A stretch of DNA of 64,000 nt from Chrysemys picta bellii (Eukaryota). Below, piece by piece: positions 37,486 to 49,314 of the stretch (position 1 is its first letter; every line of letters starts with the position of its first letter). The stretch covers positions 3,038,001 through 3,102,000 of the forward strand of contig NC_088802.1 of NCBI RefSeq assembly GCF_011386835.1. Reading direction: 5' to 3'. Below the pieces are notes generated by a model. It saw nothing but the letters and a program-made list of their open reading frames with translations. It was not told the origin of the DNA and did no database searches. A program made the position numbers and the translations under genes.

Positions 37486-39745
37486 ATGGGCTTGGCCGTC
37501 TGGGTCCTGCTGACCCTGCTGGCACCTGGCCCGCTGCGGGGTGAGGGGCATTGGCAAGGCTGGGGGGGGGCGGGGAGTGAGGGCCACCGGCAGAACTGGG
37601 GGAGCGGGGCTGGGCTGGCAGGGGCTGTGGGGCAGGAGTGAGGGCCACCAGCAGAGTTGGGGGGGCCAGGGCTGGGCTAGCAGGGGGCTGCGGGTCTGGA
37701 GTAAGGGGCACTGCCATCCCTCTTTTTCCCCCCCTCCCAGGTTCCCCCCCACGGCTGGAGGTGCGGGAGGCCGGGGGTCAGATCCTGCTGCTCTGTGGGG
37801 CCCAGGGCCCCCGGCTGCGCTGGGTCTGGTCCCCCCGATACCCCAAATGCGCCAGCGACCCCGGAGACCAGCTCGAAATCGCCCAGCTGCCCCCCGGGCC
37901 GGAGCCCCCCCTGGACCAGTTCAGGGGGCGCCTGGATCCCCACCCCTCCAGCCTGGGGGCCCTGCTGCTCCGGGACCTGGTCATGAGCGACTCGGGGACC
38001 TTCACGTGCCACGGGGAGTCTGGGGCCGAGCCCCCCATCCAGCTGGAGGTGACAGGAGGTGAGGCCAGACCCCCCTGCCAGCACTGGGGTCACCAGGCGC
38101 TCCCCAGCCAGGGCCCCACCCTGCTCCCCACAGCGTCCCCTGCTGACCCCCATCTGCCCCCCCAGGCTGTCGGAACAACCTCACCGTCTCCTCCAACCAG
38201 ATGTCCCCTTCAGCCCTGACCCTCCGCTGCCAGCGCTGCCCCCTGCTGGCTGGCTCGGCCCAGTTCCGCTGGTTCCTCAACTCCCAGCCCATGGGCAACC
38301 GGGGCTGGGCTACCAAGAGCCAGCTGGGGGCTACCGTGAGGCTGGACCCGTCCCGGCGCGGGGCCTGGGGGCGCTGGGAATGTCACCTCCATGGCACCTC
38401 CTCTGGGGGCTTTGAGTTCTGCCTGGAGCCCCCCCTCGAGGCAGGAGGCGCAGGTAAGATAGTGCCGCACATCCTGCACCCCCCCACACCTGCCCCACGG
38501 TGCCCCCTGCTGGCCCTGACCCTACCTCTGTTCCAGGCCCCAGCTCTGAGTGTTGGATGTGGGTCACGGCACCAATGGCGGTTCTGGGTCTGATCGGCGC
38601 AGGGCTGGGCGCTTGGCACCTGTGGAGACGGAGACGGGGCAGGTGAGTTGGGGACCCGGAGTCCGGGGAGCGGCACCCCCAGCAGGGGATGGAGAGGGAA
38701 GAGAGAGAGAGGGACCCAGGAGTCCGGGGAGCAGAGCCCCAGCCCAGGGTGGAGTGGAAGAGGGAGAGACCCAGGAGCTTGGGGAGTGGTAGCCCCACAG
38801 GGTGGGAGAAGGGACCCAGGAGTCCAGGGATGGGGAGAAACCTGTTTTCATCATGTATCTTTGCCGTTTTCTTCCTTCAGTAACCAACGGAATCAAAACA
38901 GACGAGAGAACGAAACAGGTGAGAGAGAGAAATAAAAACAACCCCCAGCCGCAGGCCTGTTACCCTGGTATCCCACCGTTCCCACCACAGGTCAGAGCCA
39001 TGGGGCCCAGCTACCCCGGTATCCCACCGCTCCCACCATAGGTCAGAGCCATGGGCCCAGCTACCCTGGTATCCCGCCTCCCCAGCTGAGTGCAGAGTGG
39101 ATCCAAGATTTCCTGCCTGAGTAACCAGGTCCGTAACCTTCCCAGCCATGTTCAGTCTGTAAAAATCCACTGGTGGGTAGTTCCACAGGTCAACCGGCTC
39201 CTTGGTTACATTTTCCCCCACACACACACTATCCCATCCCTGCTTTCCTCTTGATTTTCTCCTTCTCTCCATCCTGTGCCAAGGAGCCCCTGGGCCCCGT
39301 TTATCCCCCTTGGAAGAGCTGCAGCTTGGAGCCAAATCGACCGAAAAACATCTTGTGCCCCAGGGTTGGGAAAGAAAAGTGAGAGAGTGAGGGGCACCAG
39401 CAGAGCTGGGGGGAGCCCAGGGCTGGGCGAGCAGGGGCTGTGGGTCAGGAGTGAGGGGCACCGGCAGAGCTGGGGGGCAGGGGGTAGCAAGGGGAAATCT
39501 TTGTAACTTATTGCCCCTTCTCTCCCCAGGTCCCAGGCCCCCTGCTTTATGCTGAAGTCCAGCACCCACTGGTGGCTCGAGCCCCAGCCCCTCCCCCCAC
39601 ACGGCACCACGGTCTATGCCACTATTGTCTGATGCCCCGGTTCCGCTTCCCCCTCCTGTCCACCCCCTTCATGAGTTGCATTAACACCCTGGCTCCCATC
39701 CCAGGTGATGGGAAATTCAGCTGGAAGATGCAAGAAATCTGTTAG
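37486..39745 (+). CDS. Gene A: G6b-like inhibitory receptor (signal, IgV, IgC2, TM, ITIM); last exon frameshifted relative to gene B
   Basis: Exons 37486-37540, 37741-38058, 38166-38453, 38537-38642, 38881-38918, 39284-39378 and 39530-onward. V motifs RWVWSPRYPKC, FRGRL, DSGTFTC; ITIM LLYAEV. One extra C in a poly-C run (~39592-39598) moves TVYATIV-stop (39630-39632) out of frame and the stop to 39743-39745. Confidence 0.85.
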
Positions 39746-40508
39746 AATCTTGTGGTGGGGAGTTCCACAGGTTAACGGATTGTGGCATTAAAATCTGCCC
39801 TTGAAACCCTCGTGTTTGTGATGTGTCACCTTTGTCCTCAAGACCCCACCCTTTGGGCCTGGCTCTGGGGGGTGGGGTTCAGGCAGACGCGGCGCCACTT
39901 CATTTCCTGCCCCAAACGTCTGTGAAGAGCCACCCAGCTGCCCTGCCCCGGAGTTAGCTGCATCTCAGCACTGGCCAAGGGCTCCCTGTATAACCAGCCC
40001 CCGGCGCCCCACTCCAGAGGTGGCTGCATCTCCGCTCCTGGCGAGGGACAGCTGAGAATGAGGAGAATTCACGCTGAGCCACCCGCCTCCATGGGTGGGA
40101 TTTGAACCCGCGACCCCCAGCTTTGCGCCCTGCCGGTTAAGTTATCCTACGCCTGCAGCACCAGGACCAACCACTAGGTGGGGAAAAAACTACGCAAGTG
40201 GGTAAAGCCAGGAGCTAATCGGGTGTTGGGGGCTGGGAGCCAGGACACCTGGGTTCTAACCCCAGCTCGGAGAGGGACGTGGGGCCCAGGGGCTCGAGCA
40301 GGGGGGATGGGAGCCAGGACTCCTGGGTTCTATTTGCAGCAGGGGGCGGCTACTGCCCAGGAGCCCGTGTGATATCCTGTGCTTTGCTAGCAGCAGCTTC
40401 CTCTTCGCTGTAGCCCTGTGAGCAACGCCCCTGCCCAGAGGCAGACGCACCCTGCCCCCGGAACCCCCTCTCCCTGCCCCACGGCTCCCACCCCTCCCCG
40501 GCTCCACC

Positions 40509-41253
40509 ATGTGCCCCCCTCTCCTGCCTCTGGCCCTCGCCCTCCTCACAGCGGTGCCCCCGGGCGCTCAACAAGGTAAGGAGCCGACCGGGCCGTGAGG
40601 CTGGGAACTCGCACTCGGTGGGTGGGGGCTCGGACGGGGCAGCGGGGGGCTCAGCAGGGGGTGCTCTCCCCTGGTCCCAGTGCGCTCAATAAGGAACCCA
40701 ACTCCCAGGGTCCCAGGAGAATCCCAGAGCCAGTGAGCCCATTCCTGTCGCCCTACAAATCTTCCCCCTGCGGCTCCAGCTGGATGCACCCTTCCCCTTC
40801 ACTTCCTGTCTCAAACTTGTGTTCATCTGTTACCCACCCCAGAGGTGGCTGCATCTCCGTGCCAGGCGAGGGGTCCCCGTCACTCTTGTCCCCTCGTAGG
40901 CAGGAACCACTCGGCTCTGGAGTTTGCAGGCCCAGAGGTGACGGCAGAAGCCGGCTCGACTGTGAGTCTGTCCTGCAGCCGGCCAAGACTGACCTGGCAG
41001 TGGATCCCACGGTACTCAGTCTGTGCTGGTGTCAGCGGTGGGATACAGACGATCTACACGGTGACAGTGGCTGGGGCCAGGTACAGCCTGTGGGAGAGAT
41101 TTAACAGGCGGCTGCGTCTCCTACTGGATCAGGGAACCTGAACCTTCATCCTCCAACTGAGAACCCTCCACATGAACGACTCAGGGGCTCTCTTCTGTCC
41201 CTGCCCCAGCCCCAGCCAGAACGCCACGCCGATCTCCGTGACCATCACGCCCG
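40509..41253 (+). pseudogene. C1: truncated G6b-like gene (leader and V exon only)
   Basis: Leader 40509-40575 (MCPPLLPLALALLTAVPPGAQQ). V exon 40930-41253 has an in-frame TGA at 41139-41141. It is followed directly by the duplication junction, so no C2 or TM exons. Confidence 0.88.
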
Positions 41254-41406
41254 GTAACAGCACTGCCGGGGGGCTGGGAACCAGGACAACTGGGTTCTCT
41301 CCCTGTCTCGGGGAAGGGACTGAGGGGGTCTAGTGGCTACAGCAGGGGCTGGAGCGTCTCTCCCTGCCCCCCATCACTGATTCCCTCCCTCTTCTCTGCC
41401 CCCCAA

Positions 41407-41490
41407 ACCCGGAAGCTCCTGCGGCACTTCGAGGCGACAGACTGCACCCCACTGCCCCCCCCAGCCTTCCGTTTGCCCTGGCACTTGTAG
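41407..41490 (+). pseudogene. ABHD16A: Duplicated ABHD16A exon 20 (non-functional copy)
   Basis: RKLLRHFEATDCTPLPPPAFRLPWHL-stop. The splice acceptor ctacAG is changed to ccccaa. A copy of the 3' UTR follows. Confidence 0.93.
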
Positions 41491-42316
41491 CCGGGTGGCC
41501 CCCCGTCATGCCCATCGATTGCACTGACACCCTCACCTCCCCCCCGTCGGTCTGTTTTATATGGAGCCGGGTGCCCCCCTCCCTGCTGTGTGTGAGCCCC
41601 CCCACCCGCCGCACGCTGTAAATCCGCCCCCAGCCCCAAACCTGGGGGGCCCCCCGAGCTGGAGAAATTAACAGTAAAGAAGGTATTTTTTGTACTTCGG
41701 GTCTGTCTGCGGCGATGCAGCCAGCTCTGGGGGGCAGCCCCCCATGCCTGGATCCAGAGCCCGGCCGCCAGGGGGCCCTGACACACAGTGGCTCCACTTT
41801 TCTCCAGCAGGGGGCAGCCCCTCGTTCCCAGGCCTGCCGGGGTGGCCTCTCTGGCGCCCTGGTGTGGGCGGAGACGGGGCGAGGTGGGTGCCTAACGTTC
41901 ATGCTGGCAGCCGCTTCAAAGCAGCCCTGCGGGGGCCTGGGGAACTCCCAGCTACTGGTTGTGGGGCCAGATTGTCTCCCAGGGCGGCTGGCTGCAACGT
42001 GTCCCATGGGGCCTCTTCTCCCCTATGGGTTCTGAGCCCCCTTCGCCAGGGGTCACCCACTTATGCCCCTTGGCCCCTCGTTAGCCTGCGGGACTCTCTC
42101 CTACGCGCCAAGTGTTAATTAACCTGTAGGCCCCTCAGCACCAGGCTCTGATCAAACCAGGACGGGGGGGCTCTCCTGTGACCGGTCCTTAACCTGGGGA
42201 ACTCACTGCCACTAGCCGCAGCCCGTAATTAGAACCCCGCCAATGTCTCCTCTCCAATTAAAACGAGCTCTGCGCTAGGCGGGGGCCTTGTTCACCTGGG
42301 GAACTCCCTGCCACAC

Positions 42317-43459
42317 TGTGATGTTATGAGTGTCATATGCTTCTCAGCTCTCTATGAGCTGGTACGTGAAAACATTATCTATTATCTGTCCTTATCAGTT
42401 TAATATCTCATTGGAAGGTGACAGGGCCAGAAGGAGTTAATTAACTCCCAGACTGACCTGACCCATGGTGAACTGTAGAAACTGGTTAGGAAGATCTGTA
42501 AATGAATAACGATGCCGGCTGCATTTCAGAGCTCTAGAGATCTCAAGGGCAGGTGTTTGCTCAGGTCTTGGGATGTCAGCAAACAAGTCTTGTCTATTGC
42601 TAGAGCTTAAATTCAAAGATCAAAAAGGAAGATTGACATTTATGATGATACTTGAGTGAAGTAGTATTATTGTCTCTAGGTCTCTTTGAAGGTTGTGGTA
42701 ACCTGGATCTGAACTGTTTAATGGATAAATGACCCTGTGCTAATTGCCAGGATGTTGGGGAGAAGGAGTGTTAGGCCTATTGTTTTCTCAGGCCGAAAGG
42801 CTGCTGGAAATGTATAAAAACCCTGGGACATGATCCTTCTTCATCTCAGATCTGCTTTGGGTTTCAAGAGGGGAAACCCTGAGCCACACGGATTGAGATC
42901 CCCAGTCACTGACTGGAGTCACCCTGAATATGAACATTGGACTATAACCTCTGGACTATTTCTAAAAGGACTTTTGGCCACTACAAGCTCATCTCTGCTG
43001 TGTCTGAACCTCAAGAATTGAATTCAAGTCTGTCTGTATATTGATCTTTTAACCAACGCTCTCTCTCGCTTTTCTTTTTTAATAAATTTTAGTTTAGTTA
43101 ATAAGAATTGGCTGTAGTGTGTATTTTGGGTAAGATCTAAGTTATCATTGGACCTGGGTATGTGGCTGATCCTTTGGGATTGGAAGAACCTTTTCGTTTC
43201 TACGATGAGATCAGATTTTCAGTAATCATCATCATATCTGACAGGTGTGTCTGGACGGAGGCCTGAGGCCGGGCTCTTTAAGGGAACTGCGTTGTTTGGA
43301 CGTCTGAGTAACCAGTGAGGTACTACAGAAGCTGTTTTGGGCTGGTTGGTAAATCTAAGTATTGGAATAACCACCAGCTTCTGGGGTTTGTCTGCCTCGT
43401 TTTGTTTGCAGTTCACCCGAATTGAGTGACCTCGGCTGGCTCGCACAGGCACCGTCACA
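42317..43459 (+). mobile_element. Solo LTR (Gypsy-type family)
   Basis: TGTGATG...accgtcaCA termini, TATA-like gtataaaaa, AATAAA ~43081. Inserted in gccacac|aagga, which is empty in copy 1 (37021-37032); ACAC-type target duplication extended by (CA)n. Confidence 0.92.
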
Positions 43460-43735
43460 CACACACACACACAAGGACGGGTTCCCAGAGGCAGCTATCA
43501 GAACTCTCTGCCCCATGAGTCCCTGCCCTTCATCAACAGGGCAGCAACGGCTGGGGCAGTGGGGGGCATTTCAGCTCCTGGGGGGCAGCTCAGTGGGAGG
43601 CCAGCGGTGGCTGCTGTGGTGGAGTTCGCAGGCACAAACAGCAGTGGAGCGGCCGTCGTTAGGTTTCAGAGTGAACGCTGTGTGGCGAAGGGAGCTGGCA
43701 GCAGCTGGCTCAGCTCCCGGCAGACTGGGGCCGGG

Positions 43736-43780
43736 GGAAGTCTGGGCTGGCATGATAAGGGCCCTGGCCCGTGACTCAGC
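43736..43780 (+). promoter_or_regulatory. ETS + GATA + NF-E2/AP-1 composite upstream of gene B
   Basis: GGAAGT 43736-43741, TGATAA 43753-43758, GTGACTCAGC 43771-43780. Confidence 0.6.
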
Positions 43781-43879
43781 CCCGGAGGTGCCAACAATGA
43801 CGGCTCCCCCCATCCGTCCCCCCATCGGTTCCTACCCTGGAGTGAGACGCGGACCCTGGCGGGGAGACGCCTTGAACCG

Positions 43880-46142
43880 ATGGGCTCGGCCGTCTGGGTC
43901 CTGCTGGCCCTGCTGGCGCCCGGCCCGCTGTGGGGTGAGGGGCACTGGCAGAGCTCGGGGGGGTGGGGCTGGGCTGGCAGGGGCTGCGGGTCGGGAGTGA
44001 GGGGCACCGGCAGAGCTGGGGGCAGGGGGGGACTAGTGAGGCTGCGGGTCAGGAGTGAGGGGCACTGGCAGAGCTGGGGGCGGGGCAGGGCTGGGCTACC
44101 AGGGGCTACGGGTCGGGAGTGAGGGGCACAGCTAACACTCTCCCCCTCCCAGGTTCCCCCCCATGGCTGGAGGTGCGGGGGGCCAGGGGTCAGATCCTGC
44201 TGCCCTGTGGGGCCCGGGGTCCCCGGCTGCGCTGGGTCTGGTCCCCCCGATACCCCAAATGTGCCGGTGACCCCGGAGACCAGCTCGAAATCGCCCGTCT
44301 GCCCCCTGGGCCGGAGCCCCCCCTGGACCAGTTCAGGGGGCGCCTGGATCCCCACCCCTCCAGCCTGGGGGCCCTGCTGCTCCGGGACCTGGTCATGAGC
44401 GACTCGGGGACCTTCACGTGCCACGGGGAGTCTGGGGCCGAACCCCCCATCCAGCTGGAGGTGACAGGAGGTGAGGCCAGACCCCCCTGCCAGCACTGGG
44501 GTCACCAGGCGCTCCCCAGCCAGGGCCCCACCCTGCTCCCCACAGCGTCCCCTGCTGACCCCCCATCTGCCCCCCCAGGCTGTCGGAACAACCTCACCGT
44601 CTCCTCCAACCGGACGTCCCCCTCAGCCCTGACCCTCCGCTGCCAGCGCTGCCCCCTGCTGGCTGGCTCGGCCTCCTTCCGCTGGTTCCTCAACTCCCAG
44701 CCCCTGGGCAACCCAGGCTGGGCTACCAAGAGCCAGCTGGGGGCTACCGTGAGGCTGGACCCGTCCCGGCGCGGGGCCTGGGGGCGCTGGGAATGTCACC
44801 TCATTGGCACCTCCTCTCGGGGCTTTGAGTTCTGCCTGGAGCCCCCCCTCGGGGCAGGGGGAGCAGGTAAGATAGTGCTGCATGTCCTGCACCCCCCCAC
44901 ACCTGCCCCACGGTGTCCTCTGCTGGCCCTGACCCTACCTCTGTTCCAGGCCCCAGCTCTGAGTGGGGGATCTGGGTTGTGGCGGCGGTTCTGGGTCTGA
45001 TCGGCGCAGGGCTGGGCGCTTGGCATCTCTGGAGGTGGAGACGGATATGGGGCAGGTGAGTTGGGGACCCGGAGTCCGGGGAGCGGCACCCCCAGCAGGG
45101 GATGGAGAGGGAAGAGAGAGAGGGGGACCCAGGAGTCCAGGGAGCAGAGCCCCAGCCCAGGGTGGAGTGGAAGAGGGAGAGACCCAGGAGCCTGGGGAGT
45201 GGTAGCCCCACAGGGTGGGAGAAGGGACCCAGGAGTCCGGGGATGGGAGTGGGGAGAAACGTGTTTTCATCGTGTATCTTTCCCATTTTCTTCCTTCAGG
45301 AACCGACGGAATCAAAACAGAAAAGAGAACAAAACAGGTGAGAGAGAGAAATAAAAACAACCCCCAGCCGCAGGCCCGTTACCCCCGTATCCCACTGCTC
45401 CCACCATAGGTCAGAGACATGGACCCAGGTATCCCACCGCTCCCACCATAGGTCCGAGCCCTGGGCCCAGCTATCCCGGTATCCCGCCTCCCCAGCTGAA
45501 TGCAGAGCGGATCAAAGATCTCCTTCCTGAGTAGCCGGGTCCATAACCTTCCCAGCCATGTTCAGTCTGTAAGAATCCAGTGGTGGGTAGTTCCAGAGGT
45601 CAACCGGCTCCTTGGTTAGATTTCCCCCCCCCCCCCCGCACTATCCCATCCTTCTTCCCTCTTGATTTTCTCCTTCTCTCCATCCTGTGCCAAGGAGCCC
45701 CGGGGCACCGTTTATGCCCCTTGGAAGAGCCATGGCTTGGAGCCAAATCGACCGAAAGACGCCTTGTGCCCCAGAGTCGGGAAAGAAAAGTGAGCGGGGG
45801 CAGGGCTGGGCTGGCAGGGGCTGTGGGTCAGGAGTGAGGGGCACCGGCAGAGCTGGGCAGCGGGAGGCATGGCTGGGCTGGCAGGGGCTGTGGGTTGGGA
45901 GTGAGGGGCACCAGCAGAGCTGGGGGGGCAGGGCGGGGCAAGCAGTGGCTGTGGGGCGGGAGTGAGGGGCACCAGCAGAGCTGGGGGGCAGAAGGTCGCA
46001 GGGGGAAATCTCTGTAACTTCTTACCCCTTCTCTCCCCAGGTCCCAGGCACCCTGCTTTATGCTGAAGTCCAGCACCCACTGGTGGCTCGAGCCCCAGCT
46101 CCTCCCCCACACGGTGCCACGGTCTATGCCACTATTGTCTGA
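43880..46142 (+). CDS. MPIG6B: Gene B: intact G6b-like inhibitory receptor, 333 aa (signal, IgV, IgC2, TM, ITIM LLYAEV, C-terminal ITSM TVYATIV)
   Basis: Exons 43880-43934, 44153-44470, 44579-44866, 44950-45055, 45300-45337, 45695-45789 and 46041-46142; phases 1,1,1,2,1,0; 1002 nt open. RWVWSPRYPKC, FRGRL, DSGTFTCHG, LLYAEV and TVYATIV parallel recalled human G6b-B (RWVWAPSFPAC, FVGRL, DSGTFFCKG, LLYADL, TIYAVV). The symbol is a family-level assignment; one-to-one orthology is unproven. Confidence 0.88.
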
Positions 46143-46997
46143 CCCCCCACCCGCCCTGGCTCCGCTCCCCTCTCCTCTCCACCCCCTTCATGAGTTGCAT
46201 TCACACCCCTGGCTCCCAGGTGATGGGAAATTCAGCTGGAAGATGCTGGAAATCTCTGTTAAAATCCTGTGGTGGGGAGTTCCGCAGGTTAACAGATTGT
46301 GGCATTAAAATCTGCCTTTGAACCCCTCGTGTCTGTGGTGTGTCTCCTTTGTCCTCAAGACCCCACCCTTTGGGCCTGGCCCCGGGGGGTGGGGTTCAGG
46401 CAGACTCAGCTCCCCTTCAGTTCCTGCCCCAAACGTCTGTGCAGAGCTGCCCCGCCCCAGAGTGAACTGCACTGGCCAAGGGATCCCTGTATAACCAGCC
46501 CCCCTCGCCCCGCCCCAGAGGCGGCTACATCTCCACTCCAGCTGAGGGACATCTGACCATGAGGAGAGTTCAGGCCGAGCGCACCCACCTCCGTGGGCAG
46601 GATTTGAACCTGCGACCCCCAGCTTTGCACCCTGCCTGTTAACAATTATCCTGTAGCACCAGGACAAACCACTAGGTGGGGAAAACTGAGCAAGTGGGTA
46701 AAGCCAGGAGCTAATCGGGTGTTGGGAGCCAGGACACCCGGGTTCTAACCCCAGCTCGGAGACGGACGTGGGGCCCAGGGGCTCAAGCAGGGGGGATGGG
46801 AGCCAGGACTCCTGGGTTCTATTCGCAGCAGAGGGCGGCTACTGAACAAGAGGCCGTGTGATATCCTGTGCTTTGCTGGCAGCAGCTTCCTCTTCGCTGT
46901 AGCCCTGTGAACAACGCCCCTGCCCAGAGGCAGACGCACCCTGTGCCCGGAGACCCCTCTCCCTGCCCCAGGGATCCCACCCCTCCCCGGCTCCACC

Positions 46998-48847
46998 ATG
47001 CGCCCCCCTCTCCTGCCTCTGGCCCTCGCCCTCCTCACAGCGGTGCCCCCGGAGGCTCAACAAGGTAAGGAGCCGACCGTGCCGTGGGGCTGGGAACTCG
47101 CACTCGGTGGGTGGGGGCTCGGCCGGGGCAGCGGGGGGCTCAGCGGGGGGCACTCTCCCCTGGCCCCAGTGCGCTCAATAAGGAACCCAGGAAAATCCCA
47201 GAGCCGGTGAGCCCATTCCTGTCACCCTAAAAATCTCCCCTTGCGGCTTCAGCTGGATGCACCCTTCCCCTTCACTTCCTGTCCCAAACTTGTGTTCCGC
47301 TGTTACCCACCCCAGAGGTGGCTGCATCTCCGTGCCAGGCGAGGGGTCCCCGTCACTCTTGTCCCCTTGTAGGCAGGAACCACTTGGCTCTGGAGTTTGC
47401 AGGCCCAGAGGTGACGAAAGAAGCCGGCTCGACTGTGAGTCTGTCCTGCAACCTGACGGGGCCGAGGCTGAGCTGGCGGTGGGTCCCGCGCTACACAGTC
47501 TGCGCTGGTGTGAGCGGTGGGATAAAGACAATTTAAACAGTGACGGCGGCTGGGGCACACGACACTCCGGAGGGGAGGTTTAAGAAGCGGCTGCATCTCC
47601 TAACCAGTCGGAGAACCCAAACCTCCGTCCTCCAACTGCAACCCCTCCACATGAACGACTCGGGGGTCTTCTTCTGTGTCAGCCCCAGCCAGAACGCCCC
47701 GCCGATCTCCATGACCATCACGCCCAGTAACAGCACTGCCGGGGGGCTGGGAGCCAGAACACCTGGGTTCTCTCCCCAGCTCTGGGAGGGGAGTGGGGGC
47801 TAGTGGTTAGAGCAGGGATCTGGGAGCCAGGACACCTGGGTTCTCTCCTAGCTCTGGAAGGAGGGGAGCAGCAAGCAGCCAGCAGGGGGCGGGTCGTTAA
47901 CTGGATCCATCACGTTTGGCTCTGCCCCCACAGGCTGCCCGGCCAGGGTGTCCATCGCCACGGTCCCCAAGGAGCCGGTCGTGGAGGGAGCGTCTGTGTC
48001 CCTCTCCTGTACCCACTGTGGGGAGCAGGGACCCACATCACCCCCAGCAGGAGGCCCCACGTGGCAGCTCAATGGGGAAACGCTACCAAACTCCACAGCC
48101 CCTCGGATCCTGAGGTCCAACGTGACGATAGAGGGTTTCTCCAGCTCGTTGGAAGGTCTGTGGAGCTGCCACCTGCCTGGGGATCCCCTCCAGTCTGGGA
48201 GCTACTGCCTGGAGCGCGAGCCGGGGGCGCACGGGACCCAGCAGAGCACCAGCCCCACCCCCACCAGTCCAGGTGCATATTCAGCCCCCGTATCCCTGTC
48301 ACAGTCAATGCAGCCACCTCTGGGGCGGGGCAGCTGGGTACCAGCCGCACAGAACAGCGACACCCCAGGGTTGGGGTGGGGAGCGAAGGGGGAGCCTGGA
48401 TGCGATGGGGGGAGGTCGGCTGGGAACCCTGAGTTTGGCTTAGACCTGGGCGCTGGAGTCCACAGCATACCTGTGGGGGAAAACGTACCAAGGGGTTCCT
48501 GTGCTGGCAGCCCCGTGTCCCACCCCAGAGGTGGCTGCATCTCAGCGCCGGGCGAGTGGTCCCTGTATAATCAGCCCCGTGTCCCGCCCCAGAGGTGGCT
48601 GCATCTCAGCGCCCGGCGAGTGGTCCCTGTATAAACAGCCCCGTGTCCCACCCCAGAGGTGACTGCATCTCAGCTCCGGGTTTGTGGCCGCTCCAAGCTA
48701 CTGTCTCCGGTCGCAGGCTCCGGGATGACGGTGCTGGCTGTGCGCTGTGGCCTCGCCTTCCTCTTCTTCAGTGTCACCCTCGGGGCCGTCGGCTACGTGC
48801 ACTGGAAAACCCGGGCCCGGGCGGCCAGCAGGTACTCGCCCCTTTAA
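46998..48847 (+). pseudogene. C2: activating-type G6b-like gene with a nonsense codon in the V exon
   Basis: Exons 46998-47064, 47403-47726 (TAA at 47534-47536 where paralogues have TAC), 47934-48272 and 48717-onward (TM MTVLAVRCGLAFLFFSVTLGAVGYVHW). The expected final acceptor near 49030 is replaced by Gypsy sequence. Confidence 0.85.
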
Positions 48848-49038
48848 CGCCAGCGCCCCATGGTGGGATCCCCCTGCCCTGCTCCCTAGGGCACAGAGCC
48901 AACCCTGACTTCCTGGGCACAGCGCTCCCTGCTGCCCCCGTCCCGCTCCCTGCAGCCCAGCGCCCCCTAGTGCCACCATTTCTCTGCCGTGTAACTCACT
49001 TGACGGCCGTATCCTCCTTCCCTGTCCTTGGCTCCCGT

Positions 49039-49255
49039 AACGCTCCCATTGAGAAGGAACGTTGTGCCATTGTCCGGGCTGTCAAGCAGCTTAAACCCTA
49101 TTTGTACAACAAGAAATTCACCGTGGTGAGCGATCATGGCCCCGCTGCACAAGGCCAAGGGGACCAACTCCAGGCTGCTGGTATGAAATGGACACAATCC
49201 ACATAACGGGGGAGGAGAATATTGTAGCTGATGCGTTGTCCCAGATGGGGAGTCC
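49039..49255 (+). mobile_element. Gypsy pol RNase H remnant
   Basis: PIEKERCAIVRAVKQLKPYLYNKKFTVVSDH, then frameshifted ...GEENIVADALSQ; typical Ty3/Gypsy RNase H motifs. Lies just before a G-rich PPT-like tract and an LTR. Confidence 0.85.
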
Positions 49256-49314
49256 TTGGGACGCACTTAGCGATGTTTGTGCCACCCCTTCCTGCACCAA
49301 TTGTGCGTTGGGGG

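Larger units (their letters stand above)
36013..47800 (+). other. Tandem segmental duplication: copy 1 ~36013-41330, copy 2 ~41330-47800
   Basis: Both copies run in the order: ABHD16A last exon and 3' flank, inhibitory receptor gene, exons 1-2 of a C-type gene. Copy 2 carries an extra 1.14-kb LTR. Confidence 0.92.

Noticed and set aside
40060-40175. tRNA gene (minus-strand GGTTCAAATCCC B-box; paralogue near 46570-46625)
   Set aside because: Only a T-arm-like half is recognisable and no full cloverleaf could be folded. Probably a SINE or tRNA relic.
40900-47402. Upstream in-frame acceptors (40900, 47373) for the C1 and C2 V exons
   Set aside because: Possible, but the tttgcAG acceptor is the only one that is in frame in all four C-type V exons, so it was used.
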